Under the pieces are notes generated by a model. It did not search any database and was not told where the DNA came from. It saw only the letters and a list, made by a program, of their open reading frames with translations. A program made the translations under genes and the position numbers. DNA of 64,000 nt from Carcharhinus longimanus (lineage: Eukaryota). The DNA lies in NCBI GenBank assembly GCA_030264375.1, contig JASCQW010000072.1:81633150-81697149 (forward strand). Reading direction: 5' to 3'. This document shows positions 36,231 through 49,475 of the stretch, piece by piece (within the stretch, counting starts at the first letter, position 1; every line of letters begins with the position of its first letter).

Positions 36231-36692
36231 CCAACATGTTGCACTATTTGCTCTGTATAATACAACTGCTGTGATTCAAGTGACCTACCAGTCTTATTTT
36301 GAAATCTTAGCACTGCAACAGCTGAATTAGTAACATTCTTGTCTTGAATTAGAAGGTTGAGGGGTTGAAGGCTCAGGAGCACACGCTCAGGATACTGTGA
36401 TAATACAAGTTGAATTTCCAGTAATAACAAGAAGTGTGTAATATTCTTTCAGTAGTATTTTGAATTGACAATCAATTGCATTTTCTCTGGACAATCCAAC
36501 TGACACAATCTGAATGGCCTTATTTACATTCTAGTGACAATTTTAAAAGGTGTGCAACAGCTTGATTTGTTTAAATTGGCTACAGAAAATACTAGAATAC
36601 TGTAATTTCTTTCCACAATGTCAGTTTTGACCCTTAATTTCTTAAATCCATGCTTTTGAAAAACGCTGCAGTGTTATAACAGTGAGAAGCAT

Positions 36693-36889
36693 GGGGTGAA
36701 CCTTACTAGTCTCTCAGGTGCACTCCATGTCACAATGTTTCAACACTCTGACATTTTTGGAGAGTCGTGAGCTTGTTGGAATTGGGGGTNNNNNNNNNNN
36801 NNNNNNNNNNNNNNNNNNNNNNNNNNNNNNNNNNNNNNNNNNNNNNNNNNNNNNNNNNNNNNNNNNNNNNNNNNNNNNNNNNNNNNNNN

Positions 36890-36930
<41 letters not shown>

Positions 36931-37627
36931 CAACAATGTCAGTGCATTGGGAGATGCATACCCAGACATTGGCGCCATTCCCCCTTCGGCATGTTCTCCC
37001 CCACTCTGACACTGGGTCACCCGCATTGAGGAATCATGTCCCTCCCGATAGGTCCCCTGGCTGACCCCCAGCATGACCCCTTTGAGATCTACCCTGTATG
37101 ACCTCCTCCACACTGCGGACACACCCCCACACCACCCATTTCCCCCATCAGGCCCCACCCACTGGCATTGCCCCTGGCACACCTGTGGTGCCTAAAATCT
37201 GCTGCTGGGGTGTTCTGGTGGGCACTGCCAGGTTGTCTGATAGATAATCGCCAGATGGGCATGGCTCAATGGGCACTGTTCAGTCAGCCCCCACCACCCA
37301 GGGACTTCAATGGCCTCCAAGCCCCCCGGTATGACCAGCTCGCCAGGTCTGTGCTTGTGCAGAGTGATTCACACCAGCGAGGTGGGAAGCATCCAGGAGG
37401 AGAGAAACAGGCGAATCCAACTTGCTAATGATATTGAAATTCAGTCAATCTCATGCGAAGAAGCTTTTGCCCTTTCTGGGTGCAAAGCAGGTCACTCCAT
37501 TGGAAATGGGCCAGGAACATAGCAAACTGTTTGGCACCAGGCGTGAATAGGGTTTTCACTGTCACATGCTAGTTTCCCGGCTCATTCTGCTGTTCGCCAG
37601 GCATGGCAAAGTAGTAAAATCGCATCC
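36693..37627. mobile_element. Harbinger-type long non-autonomous element (gap 36790-36889 inside)
   Basis: Ends GGGGTGAACCTTAC / GTAAAATCGCATCC; GC-rich interior with TGGCACTGCC-type motifs. Confidence 0.55.
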
Positions 37628-38819
37628 ATTATGTTTGATCAAGTACATAAATGTTGCTTTGGCATTACCAAAATTTTAAAAACATATCTTCCCATGTTAT
37701 ACAACTTTTGTACAATTCAAATTGAGTAGGAGTACACGTGATGATGATTGTATCAGGGCGTGCCTGCAAAAGGCCGTTATACACTTTGCACTTAAGTAAA
37801 TTTCTGACTTTCCACGTTGCACAACAGCCAAAAGCACATATCAGAATATCTGGTATGTGCTACATGCGACAATCTCCAGATCAATTTTGCCATAGTAAAG
37901 GAAAATGATGTGCCTCAACTTTTGATATACATTCGCTGCAGGAAAGGCTCCCTAATGGGATTTCTATTTAAAAAAGGATTCTATTCAAAAAATGAATCCG
38001 CGTAATCAATAAATGTGATAGAATACGTTACTAGCATGTCAGTAAATCCAACAGTTGGTACAGCAGGTTTGCGAGCATCCAAGAAAAAAACGGTTAATGT
38101 TTCAGATGTGGCCCCACATCAAAATCAGTGCTGAAGAGCCACACCCCAAAACACTAATCTCACTCTTGTATGCAGAGGTATGTGATCTGCTAGGCATGAC
38201 TGTGCAATCAGCTATGATCAGTATTACAATTAAACATGATAAAATATGTAACAAGGAAGCATTCAGTATTTTAGTTCACAGCACCTTAGATGTTTTAAAT
38301 CTGATAATTTAAATCATACTACCTACTTGCAGGCACCACCAAAATACTGTTACATCCCCATGGCCGAGCAACACTTCACAGTTCTGCACTTCAGATTTTG
38401 CAAAGGTGCTGCAAATTTCAATTATTTCCAAACAGCCAGACATAGTTTTGAATATTTGGCAATGGATTCAAGAGCTTGAGGAAAATTGGAGAAAGTAAAG
38501 AAAAGGGATGCTGGAGAAGGCAAGGATGTTTGAAGGGCATATCAGACGAAGCTTCTTGATAATGGAACAAATTGGATTTCAAATTAAAGCTGGTAGAACA
38601 AGAGACGCAAGTGTTACAATTTAAATGGGAAGTAATACAACAAAGAGCTAGTGTTTTCAAGTTAATTGCAATAATAATGTAGATGTTTAGCAAAGCTGCT
38701 TTAAATTCAGAGTGAAAACGATCACGTGTACACAAATATTTTTGGTGAAATTATACAGATCTACAGATTATTTTGAGAGAAATATGCCCATTTTTTTGTC
38801 AGAGTGATTGACTTCAGCA

Positions 38820-39428
38820 GGGATTACAGTAGCTCCCCACTACCAGGGAACCAGCGGCCCAAACCCACTGGAGTGAAGGAGGGGGGCAATCAAGGTCCCC
38901 TGAGGGTCAGGTGGTGGGGAGGGAGGGTGCCTGGGCATTGGCAGCTTGACAGTGCCAACCTGGAGCCCCTGGCACTGCCCAAGGGGCAAAATGCTAATGC
39001 CCAGGATGCATCTTGGCACTGCCCATCAGGCATGGGGCAGTGCCAAGGGGGCAGGGCAAGGAAGGAGGCCAGCAATTGGAGAGTTGCACAGCTGGCATTG
39101 AGAGTAGGAGAGTCGCACAGCTGGCATTGTGGGGATTGCGGGGCTGGCCAGCAATTGGAAGGTCAGCGGTGCGGGGCCACTGCATATGCATCAATCACGG
39201 CACTAACAGATCACTGCACGTGCAATGGCTTGCTCAGTGCTATGCTACTGGCCTCCCGGGCAGGAATAGGCCACGCCCCCTGAATTATAATGATATTCAC
39301 ATTAGTGATCTCTGTGGTGTGCAAAGTGTGGATGATTCTTCTTGGAACTCCACTGCAAAAACTAACTTGAATTAATCCAGTTTTCATACAAATTCGACAC
39401 TTAGAATTTTTTGAGAGAATTCCAGTCC
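38820..39428 (-). mobile_element. Harbinger-type long non-autonomous element
   Basis: Right end AATTCGACACTTAGAATTTTTTGAGAGAATTCCAGTCC is the reverse complement of the 60086 start; interior similar to 60200-60300. Confidence 0.65.
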
Positions 39429-39929
39429 AGGTCTTTTCTAGAACATTCTTTTTTTTAGCTCTGTAGCTCTACCCACAGGCTTAAGCAATCAAGTACAGTT
39501 ATCATTGAAATGATCAATACTCAAACACATCAATCAAACCATTAAAACACTGCTTTTCTCCCCTTTTAACCAAAGACATTATTTTCAGTTAAATCATTCC
39601 AAACAATCACATATACATCGTCATTTCTTACGGTCTTACTTATCCAAGCATAAAAATAGTCACTGAGATACCAATCTATGGTTAGATCTACATATCTGAT
39701 GTTATGGTTCTGTATGCTCATGTTGATGAGACAAGTGATCACTAATCATAGGAAAATGAAATGCATTCTCATAACAACTGGCCTCATATGTTCAACTAGC
39801 CCCTTTATCAAATCTTTGTCATACTAGGGAGACCAGTAGGGGTGCTAACCTGTGCAGTCTTAAATGTGCACATTTAATATTCTATTGCTGGCAAACTTCC
39901 ACAGTATGGACAAACTTTCTCCTCTCTAG

Positions 39930-40235
39930 TTTTTAAAGTTTATTTATTGGTGTCACAAGTAAGCTTACATTAACAATGCAATGAAGTCACTGTGAAAAGC
40001 CCCTAGTCGCCACACTCTGGCGCCTGTTTAGGTACACTGAGGGAGAATTTAGAATAGCCAATGCACCTAACCAGTACACCTTTCGGACTGTGGGAAGAAA
40101 CCAGAGCACTCAGGAAACCAACACAGACCCGGGGAGAATGTGCAGACTCCACACAGGCAATCACCCAAGCAGGGAATCAAACCAAGGTCCCTGGCATTAT
40201 GAGGCAGCAGTGCTAACCACTGTGCCACCATGCCC
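39930..40235 (-). mobile_element. V-SINE tail type B, full length
   Basis: AAAGTTTATTTATTGGTGTCACAAGTAAGCTTACATTAAC..GCTAACCACTGTGCCACCATGCCC. Confidence 0.9.
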
Positions 40236-41065
40236 ACTGTGTGTCCTCTGATGACTCTTAAGCATAAAAGGAGTCTCAAAGACTTTGTCACATACATCAC
40301 ATTTGAAAATTCATTTACAGTTGTGTATCAGTAAGCTTTTCAGGAAGAAGGGAGGCTAAAATAAAACCTTACACTTCTGCCACTGGGATGATCTCACTTC
40401 CAAGTGTGTATTTTTGTGGCTCTTGTGCACGTTTCTCTGGGTAAACCTTTTTGAGATGTTATAGATGTGCTGTACCTCACTCTCATGAAGCAACTCTTCC
40501 ATATGTCGAATGGATGAGGTCTTCAGGATGAGTTGCACTTTTCCCTTGCTTTGAACATATGTTGAGACACGATGAGCATTTCCACAACGTGGGCTCACTA
40601 TTTCTCTGGCATCTTTGGTGGAATGTATATCATTTAATCATCACATCATTCTTTGACCCAAAGTATCTTTTGACAGCACTAATTGCCACATTAAATGTGG
40701 ATATATCAACTGCAAACTCCTCAAATATTCACTGTTTTTTTTGCTCAGAGACAATGTACAAGTATCACCTTCTTACAAATTGCTGCTACATTTGGATTGT
40801 ACATCCCAGTAGCAATTAAGTCAGTCTTGAACCCCAAAATCCATCACTTTTACATTATGGGAGGATCTCCAAGTGATAAAATAAATGGTTCTATAGCTGG
40901 TAGAGTTAAACTTGTCTGTACCATCCTTGCCATCACTTTTTGTTAAGTATTCATTAGGTTGCTACATATCTGATATATTTGAAATACAAGGATGGTACTA
41001 GCCCCTAATCAGGTTTACTTACAATACTTTAATACATCTCAGAATTCACAAGATTTTTGTACACG

Positions 41066-41191
41066 AGCCAGAATTTTTCTGACAAGCCTGCCCCAATTCT
41101 GGGGACGAGCGAGGCTCGGAGAACAGCATTCTCGTTGGCCTCAAGCGGGATCATATGAACCTCAAGTGGACGTGCCAATAGAATTCTGCCC
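41066..41191. mobile_element. Harbinger-type MITE
   Basis: AGCCAGAATTTT / AGAATTCTGCCC ends; same family as 23400-23525. Confidence 0.65.
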
Positions 41192-41639
41192 ATGGTGTCA
41201 GCTGGAATCTTTCCTGTTTCATTAGCTGCTAAGCTTCACCCATAGGTCTACGCAATCAAGTACTGCTACATTAGATCAGAGAAATGACTAAGAATCAAAT
41301 GCAGATCAATCAAACCATGCAAGACAGTCCACAAATCACATTTTGAAAAGCAGCTCTCCAATAAGAATCAATAAAAGCAACCATGTCGGATAAAAGGTTC
41401 AACAGTGTATTTACTTTCATGGTTTGTAATGAATAATGAAGGAGGGTCTGCTGGCAAACTAAATATTGAAACATCAGGATTCAATAATCTAACTCAAAAA
41501 TACCATGAACGGTGGTGACAAGTACATAGTAAAAGCTGCATTTGAGCAAGTTTTCTTTTTTTATTTAAATACTGAATGAGCACTGTAGCATTCAGTCCTA
41601 GGTTGCTACAACCCTTTGATGACCAATTTACAGTAACGT

Positions 41640-42420
41640 TTCTATATAGTACATTTAATGCCACAAGATGTCTTAAGATGCTTCCCAGAAGCATTACAAA
41701 CAACGTATGATGTCAAACTACACAAGGAGATCTTACGTCAGATGACCGAAAGCTTGGTCAAACAGGTAGGTTTTAAAATACATGTTCAGAGAAAAGAGAA
41801 GTAGAGAACTGTAGGGAGGGTATTCCACAGTTTGGAGCCTAGCTAACTGAAGACACGGCACCAATGATGGGACATTTGTAATTTTGCATGCACAACAGGC
41901 CAGTATTGGAAGAGTGCAGATATCTGAGAGGGACAGGAGGAGATTACAGAGATATGAAGGGGCAAGTTCATGTTGAGATTTGATATCAAGGATGATATTA
42001 AAGCCAAAATGTTGCTTGGCCAGGAGCCAATGGAAATTAATGAGCACAGGATGAGAGGAAATAGAACTCACTGCACTTAAGACATTGTCAGATAGGCTTT
42101 GGATGACCTCATGTTTATGGAGAGTCGAATGTGGGAGTTCAGCCAGGAGTATGTTGGAATGGTCAAGTCTATAGATAATTAAGGCATAAAGTGCGGGTTT
42201 CAACTGATAAATCGAGGGGGGCACAATCAGAAGCTCATTTCAGGATCAAATGTGACACCAGGTTTGTGAACAGACTGACTTAATCTCAACCTGTTATCAG
42301 GGAGAGGAAGGGAGTTAAGAGCAAGGACCAAAAATAATGGTTCTGTCTTCCCAACATTTAACTGAAGAAAATTTTTTGCAAATCAACTACTGGCTTTTGG
42401 ATAAAGAGTTACATATTTAC
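41640..42420 (-). mobile_element. L2 LINE 3' fragment
   Basis: ORF 41733-42224: RLDHSNILLAELPHSTLHK..VIQ..PVLINFHWL..LAPSYLCNLL. Confidence 0.85.
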
Positions 42421-42474
42421 AAATGAGAATGAGAGCAACTAGAGGGAAGTTCCACCAATTTCATCATTGGAAGT

Positions 42475-42900
42475 CAGCCTTTGCTCAGTCGTAGTATTCT
42501 CACTTCCGAATTATAAATTCATGGGTCCACAGCACATTTCAGCATTTGAACACAACCCTAAACTGATATTTAAGTGTTGCATCTGTCAGAAATGCTGCAT
42601 TTTGGATGAAATATTAATCCGAGACCATACCTGCCCTTTCAGGTGCAAGCAAAATAACCAATGATGCAATTTGAAGAACAGCATTGGATTCCTCTTAGTG
42701 TCCTGGCCAATATTTACCTGGGCTAACGTCATTAAATCAGATTAACTGACTTATTGCTTTGTGGGGTCAAACAGTGTACATTCGTTGCTTGGTTTCCTTA
42801 GATTAGTGTAGTGACTACATTTCAAAAATATTTAATCGGCTGTGAAGCATTTTGGGATTTTCCTAGATTATGAAATAAGATTGTAAGTGTAAATTCTTTT
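42475..42900 (+). mobile_element. DeuSINE (SacSINE1-like), near full length
   Basis: GCTCAGTCGTAGTATTCTC head; GGATGAAATATTAATCCGAG..TCAGGTG..GTGTCCTGGCCAATATTTA core; GTGACTACATTTCAAAA..GCATTTTGGGA tail. Confidence 0.75.
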
Positions 42901-44879
42901 TATGTTTTAAACACTACTGATTATAACTTGTTTATTCAAATGATACATCTCCCCCCTCCTTGGTATTGAGCATTTACACATTCAATTATTTTGATCACAA
43001 AAATAATACTGCAAATGTTGCACGTGACACAAGAATAGAAGATGGAAATCAGCTGTCAATGATGTACATTTTTTATATTATTTCATTAAAAAGGCACTTG
43101 ACCCTGCAATTACTTCTCTCCCCACCACCAGCACTTGTGTATACACATACACACCTCAATTTTGAACGCCATATGTTAGATTAATTTTCATTTAGTTATT
43201 ATTTACTGTGTACATAGACAGATGAAGCGTGTAAAGCTTCTGTGTTCTAAAGGGTGCCAGTCATGAAAGATAGGAAAAATTAAGATCTCCTCAGCACAAG
43301 TTATTTGTGTGAGATTTAGAGACAATGATGTCACTGTAGGTCATCACAACAGGCTCAGCTCTGGCGAACTGTATGTCACAGTAAAAACAGGAAAATGAGA
43401 GGGCTCATCAATCTCATGCTGCTCACATACATCTCCAAAGAGTGAGGTTTATAGTGCTGTGAGAGGGAATGTGAAGGGGCAGCATGCAGAAAGTCCACTT
43501 GAAAATGTGAAAAAGGGAGCCAGTGCTGGCTGGCAGCAGAGGAAGTTATACTAACGCCCAAAAAAAAAGAAAATGGTTGATATAGGTCACAACGGATACT
43601 ACGGCTAATTTACAGTAAGGAAGGATTACATTCTGATTATTGCACAATAGTGGTGAGGGAAAACGAAAAAAATGCTAAGGAGAGATGACAAGGGTACCAC
43701 AGAGCAAGAAAAAAAATTTTCTCCAATACACAGGCAAACATGGTAATGGCTACACGTTACAATGTTGTAGAGGGAAAATAAAATGAAATAAAGAACAAAA
43801 AATTAGCAAGAAGCAAAAACATATGCAGGAAATTTACTTATCATTAATTCTGGGACTGCCAATTTTATAAAATCTCCTATCAAATTAGCATAGACTAGTG
43901 AACCTGGAACCTTTTTGTCTGCACTAAAGTAGCTCCCCAATATTCTATCAACTTCCTCCACATTTTGAAGAAAGGGCCTTTTTAATTTTCTGTCAAATTG
44001 TGCATGTTGTGGGGACAAAAGGATGGAAAGCCTTTGTCATTTTTAACCTTTTATCTTGGACCCAATCATAGAAGGATATATTGTCACTGTTTACAAACTC
44101 AAACATGTTTACTTTTACTTTGTGTTATGTTTGGTTACACTATCACAGCTAGGAGCACTTCAAATTTAATGATGTTTTCAAACTAACATAAGTATTTCAC
44201 TTTACTGGCTGTATGGAAAATAATTACAGATACACTGCTCAAAAAGAAAACTACCCTTTCATAGGGCAACTTTGATTAAACTGTATTAAAACTATCCCAA
44301 TGATTTGAAACGACCAGTTAGTGAATCCTGTCATGAATGCACATTCTCATCCATTCATCAAATTCCTTTTAAAAGTGCTTACAGAGACGGACAAAAATGA
44401 GTTCAAGACCCAACTTGTCCCACACCTGAGAGTTGTAGCCTTTTTCCATGAATGCATCCAGCAGTAATACTGAGACAAAGCATGATTCATATTGTTCGTG
44501 ACACTCATTAGTTTGTGAAAATTCTTCGAGAGCATGTCTCGTCAATGAAGATCTGCTCATCCAACATTCTTCCTGCCTGGTTGAATAATCTCTGTACCCA
44601 AAAAGTGTTGACTTTCCTGTGCCAGGAGTACCAGAAGAGACACCCAAAAAGGTAGCACTCAATTACAGCCTCATAGAAGAATTTGATGATTGCAAGATCT
44701 ACTCAAAAGAATTGTAATTGTCTGAGGTAGTATAAACATGTATGTGGTGGCTTGGCTATGATAGCTGTACATTATTCCTAAAACTCAATTATCATCCACT
44801 TTGTTACCTAGATATTTGCAGTTAGTAACTATTTCAATGCCCACATCATGAATCTTCAAAGGAACAAAACTTGGCAGAG

Positions 44880-45070
44880 ATAAGCATGGGAAATTGTGAA
44901 GTTGTCCAAGTTGGCAAGGAAGAAAGCAGTATGCTATTAAAATAGAGAAGTTGGAGGTGGGGAGAGACCTGGGCATCCTAGCACATGAATGGTAAAATGT
45001 TAGTTTGCAAATACAGCAAGTGGTCAGGAAGGCCAATGGAATGCTGACATTTATTGTGCAGAGAATGGAA
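44880..45070 (+). mobile_element. CR1 fragment
   Basis: GGGAAATTGTGAAGTTGTCCA..GAGAGACCTGGGCATCC..AGGAAGGCCAATGGAATGCTG, similar to 8375-8565. Confidence 0.75.
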
Positions 45071-45076
45071 TAGAAT

Positions 45077-45362
45077 GGGGTGGCACAATGGTTAGCACTG
45101 CTGTCTCTCAGCGCCAGGGACCCAGGTTCAATTACCAGCTCAGGTCACTGTCTGTGCAGAGTGTATATGTTCTCCCTGTGTCTGCATGTGTTTCCTCCCA
45201 CAGTCCAAAAGTCATGCTGGGTAGGTGGATTGGCCATGCTAAATTCTCCATCAGTGTACCAAACAGGCACTAAAGTGTGGCAAGAATTTTCACAGTAACT
45301 TCACTGCAGTGTTAATGTAAGCCTGCATGTGACTAATAAAGTTTAGCTTTAACTTTAGCTTT
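45077..45362 (+). mobile_element. V-SINE tail type B
   Basis: GGGGTGGCACAATGGTTAGCAC..GGTTCAATT; tail TTTTCACAGTAACTTCACTGCAGTGTTAATGTAAGCC..GTGACTAATAAA. Confidence 0.9.
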
Positions 45363-45809
45363 ATTAACTGGCTTTTTCCTAAAGTCTATGGTTTTTTTTC
45401 ATCTTGTTTTTGTTCCATTTAAGAGAACTGCTATTTTACCTCTTTATGAACTTCTCCACCAAGTTTCTATTACATACTTCATTATTCTGTATGAGACCCA
45501 CAAGTATTTCATCATGAGCATACAACAGGATCATTGTGCCATTGTGTTCTGATTGCCAAGGGAATGAATTCTGTAGAGGATAAATAACAAAGGTGAAAGC
45601 CTTGTAGGCTCCAAGTAAAACCTGGAAGCCAACAACCATCGGGTCTTGTTATGAAGAAAATTACTGATCCAAAGTAGGAGAGTAGGGTTGACACCAAGGT
45701 TTCTCAATTTCTCAATAAGCTTGAATAGCTGCTTGGTATTAAAGGCTGAAGAGAAATCAACAAAGTAGCACAAGCATTATCGCCTAATCTGTCCAGGTGC
45801 TGTTGGATC

Positions 45810-45885
45810 ATAAAAACTAGAAGCTGGAGTAGGCCATTTGGCCTTTCGAGCATGTTCTGCCATTTATCTTGATCATGGCTGATGG
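45810..45885 (-). mobile_element. CR1 3' tail
   Basis: GGAGTAGGCCATTTGGCC..GATCATGGCTGAT. Confidence 0.65.
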
Positions 45886-46864
45886 ATCATGGAACAAATG
45901 GACTAAGAACTGAAAAGTCCATTGGCTAATGAAGTTATTAGGCACATTGTAACTGATCAGTATGTTGAACATGAGAACCATGAAGACATTTCAACACAAT
46001 TCATTCGTGACTTCATGAAAGAAAAGAACACAACTGACCACATTTTTCTTATTTGCTTGAGATCACTGACAAACATTAAAGCAATTACGAAGTTTTGTGA
46101 CAAAAAAAACAAAGTAAATTGAAATTCCATTTAATTATTGGAACCGCTTTAGGAGTGAGATACTTAAAACTGATTACATTTTTAGTCCAAAATTAGTTGA
46201 CTGGAGGAATTTTTCCATCATGCAAGTGCACATGCAAACAACAAGCAGGATACGATCTGCTGGACAATGAAGCCTATCGCATATAGTGGCTTGGCTACTG
46301 TGCATTGGCCTCTCCATTAACACTCGCTCGGTAAACTCCTAGAAAATGCAGATAAAGAAAGCCATGGCTCAACAGATCACTTAAAGTACTGCCTTGTAAT
46401 AATTCTTGGGATTACGAATGTTTCTTTCCTTCATCTCAAGTAAGTTCCTTCTAAACTACTCCCACACTTCAGCCTCCTCATTTTATTAGATTCGCTCAGT
46501 AGAGTAATTCTGTGAGATACTAACCAACTGCAGAGGAGACTTCTATTAATTTGAAATAACTCCAACAGCCAAAATAGTATCACAGGAGATTTGTTACATG
46601 TCAGTACAGTTCAGATGATTGCTGATGATGGGATTATGCTCCATGGGGTGTTACTTTGGTATACTTTATTGGCAGATTGTCCTGTCAACTGGAAAATTGA
46701 CCATCTCTCCTCAATTGCAGTGAGAATGAGAAGGGAAATGTGATTCATCCATGCAGATGAAGAAACTAGTTTTATTACAAATAATTCTTGAGGACCAGAT
46801 ATGAATCCAGTTGTATGGATGCATGTTACACTGGAGATGCAATGCATACTTTCTGAAAATTAGA

Positions 46865-47015
46865 TGGAACTTTCTGGCCATTCACACTGCTGGGATCTTC
46901 TGGTCCCATTGATAATGCACCCTTGTTGCGGGTTTCCTGGTGGTGAGGGGTACATCCAATGGGAAATCCATTGACAGTGGCGGGACCAGAAGGTCCTGCC
47001 GCTGGCCAATGGTGG
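46865..47015. mobile_element. Harbinger-type MITE, degenerate
   Basis: Internal inverted repeat GGGATCTTCTGGTCCC / GGGACCAGAAGGTCC. Confidence 0.5.
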
Positions 47016-47939
47016 GTCACCTCTGTGAAACACATTCCATGTCTTGGAACAAAATAGCAGTACAAAAAGGTGGAAACAAAACTCACCTAATGCAATTTTT
47101 TATGAATTATAAATGCACAACTGGTTAATTTAGCCAATGTTACTCATAACTCCCCCTGCTTCTTGCCTGAAAATGTGGGTGGGTCTCTGCCAAGGTTAAT
47201 CCTGCGTTACCAGCGGGTGTAGGGGACCCACATCCTGCCAGGAGAAAGCTAAACAGACTCATAGGAGTTCCTTGCATGCCTGTTGCTGCTATTAATTGTG
47301 CAGTGATTGGATTAATTGGTGTGGGGGGGGGACACTTTGTTTTGGGGACTGCGGGGGTGAATGATAATTACACCACTGACTGTGGGGCATGTGCTATGAG
47401 ACTAGTGACTGAGGTGGAATGTGACACCAAGTACCACTAGTCTTGAGTTCTCCTGTAACCCTAGAACTCTCCTGCTCTTGGGCCCCGAGACACTGAGTGA
47501 ACAAGTCACGAGTCACTGCCCAGAAGAATCCAGGGAAAATGGCGTCCAGAGCAACCTGTTCCTGGGATGTGGGACAGCAACACAAATTCCAGGCCAATCC
47601 AATGAAACTCAGGACAGTTGTTCACCCTAGGTGGAGACTCAAACAAGGGCCTGTGTACAATCTGATAACACAGATTAATATCTGGCAAAATGTGGGCAAG
47701 GATATGTTCAAACCCTGTTCAACCTAATAACACACAAGAATGGGTAACAGTAATCTGATGTGACAGACAGAACAAGGTCCATACACTCTGATAACTGACA
47801 TGAAGTGTATGCAGACTTCATGCAGTCAGTTTCTAGTTCACAAGGGAACTGTTCCCAGTGAATCATAACTGGCCATAGCCAAGCTGGCTAACAAAATTAG
47901 GACCAAATAATTTCCAGTTGAATTACCCAGCTATGAATT

Positions 47940-48335
47940 ACAAAGTGCTGCATAAATGCAGCAGATCTGGTAGCATCTGTGAAGAGTGAGAAAGAGAGTC
48001 CAATCTGACTCTTCTTTGAAACTGGGACTTCCTAGTTGTCGCCCGTGTAACCTGAAGGCCAGTTAAATGTGGCAAATGTGGCTGTAGCATGGAAAACATC
48101 ATACTCCTTTCGAGGGACTGATGATGAGGAATAAAGAAACAATGAATGTGTCCAGATAAAGTGTGGATGATGGCACAACAGCCAACTAGATGCAACTTGA
48201 AGAGATAAATTAAGAATCCAGACAAGATCAGCATCAGATTTTCATCGTCTGGGATATATTGGTTTTTGTGTTAGAAGTTTCTCTCCTCAGATGCTGCCTG
48301 ACCTGCAAAGTATTTCTGGCAATTTTTATCTTCCC
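47940..48335. mobile_element. Two PLE family-1 termini in inverted orientation
   Basis: GCAGCAGATCTGGTAGCATCTGTG (-) at ~47959 and CTCAGATGCTGCCTGACCTGC (+) at ~48287. Confidence 0.6.
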
Positions 48336-49204
48336 TTGCTAAAATATTATTTTCAGGATAGCATCTCAGACAGAGAGTCCTTTTAGTCTGCAATTTCTGC
48401 TTGACATTTTTTTGACAAATTCTTCATGAACTATTTACATTTGCAGGACTTGCTTGGGTGCCCTTTTGTCTTATATTTTTCCTACTCCTCCTTCGTAAGT
48501 GATGAAATAAACATTAATTCTATTCATTATTCATTTTATATCTCGATCAGTCCTGTTTGGAGCCATATAGTCCTTTATCGTGCAAATGCAGAATCCTTTT
48601 ATTTAGCTACTACAACTATGTGGAGATTACTAAACATGTATTGCTTGATGCTGACCTTCGAACGTATCAGCATTCAAACTGACGGAATTTGAGGCAATAT
48701 TTTTCTGAAAAATCCATTTATTTATTATAGTTGTAGATTCAGTCCAAAATGGGGTCTCACGCTGAAGAAGTACATTTGCATGGAACTATCACTCTACGTA
48801 GGCAAGTGGTCTCTCCCATTTATCCACATTCTGAAGATATTACTATATCGAATGGATGCAATCCTTTTGCAGTCTAAGGATAAGAAGTCAATTGTACTGT
48901 CAAATTCTGGCCCAGTTGGGGCACGGTTAATTGAGCAAAACTTGGGATCTAACCTGGGACTTCCAAATTACTAAGGGTCAATACCACAGCAAACAGTCAA
49001 CTTAATCGTTTTAACAAGGTTACAGATACAGTCTTCATGGGACATGGCTCAAAAGATGCACATTTTTGTTTTAACCAATGCAACCAAGATCATTACAACT
49101 ACAATTTTTCTACCTAGTTTCATTACTGTTAATTGGATGAACTTCAAGTTTTAGAACACAAGATTGATGGCTACTGCCAACAGTAACTCTCATCACTTAT
49201 CTGA

Positions 49205-49475
49205 AGTGATGGCAAGGCTTAAAGGAGATGCATGAGGCAGATTTTTTACACAGAGAGTAGTGGGTGCCTGAAAATCGTTGCTGGGGAAGGTGGTGGAAGC
49301 AGATACAGTCGTGACTTTTAAGGGATGTCCTAACAAGCACATGGGATGGGAATAGAGGGATATGGTCCCTGGAAGGGTAGGGGATTTTAGTTAAGTTGGA
49401 CAACATGGTAGGTGCAGGCTTGGAGGACTGAAGGACCTGTTCCTGTGCTGTCATTTTATTTGTTCTTTGTTCTTT
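49205..49475 (+). mobile_element. CR1 3' end
   Basis: TTTTTTACACAGAGAGTAGTGGGTGCCTG..GGTGGTGGAAGCAGATAC..CCTGTTCCTGTGCTGT..TTGTTCTTTGTTCTTT. Confidence 0.85.

Larger units (their letters stand above)
44340..45810 (-). mobile_element. Rex1/Babar-like LINE (divergent family), interrupted at ~44880-45362
   Basis: QHLDR, FVDFSSAFNT..KLRNLGVNP..WISNFL, LSPLLFILY, YAHDEILVGLI, IDFRKKP, EIVTNCKYLG, NSFLSVSV. Confidence 0.85.

Noticed and set aside
38804-39375. 159-aa and 120-aa GC-rich ORFs
   Set aside because: They lie inside a non-autonomous Harbinger-type repeat and show no transposase motifs; GC richness lowers stop-codon frequency.
40356-40598. 80-aa minus-strand ORF ending near a GTAAGG donor-like site
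   Set aside because: No good upstream acceptor and no recognisable protein similarity.
44369-44662. ORF with Walker-A-like GTPGTGKST (possible viral Rep or ATPase)
   Set aside because: It is an alternate frame of the Rex1-like LINE C-terminus; neighbouring frames give LINE motifs and there is no Walker B context.
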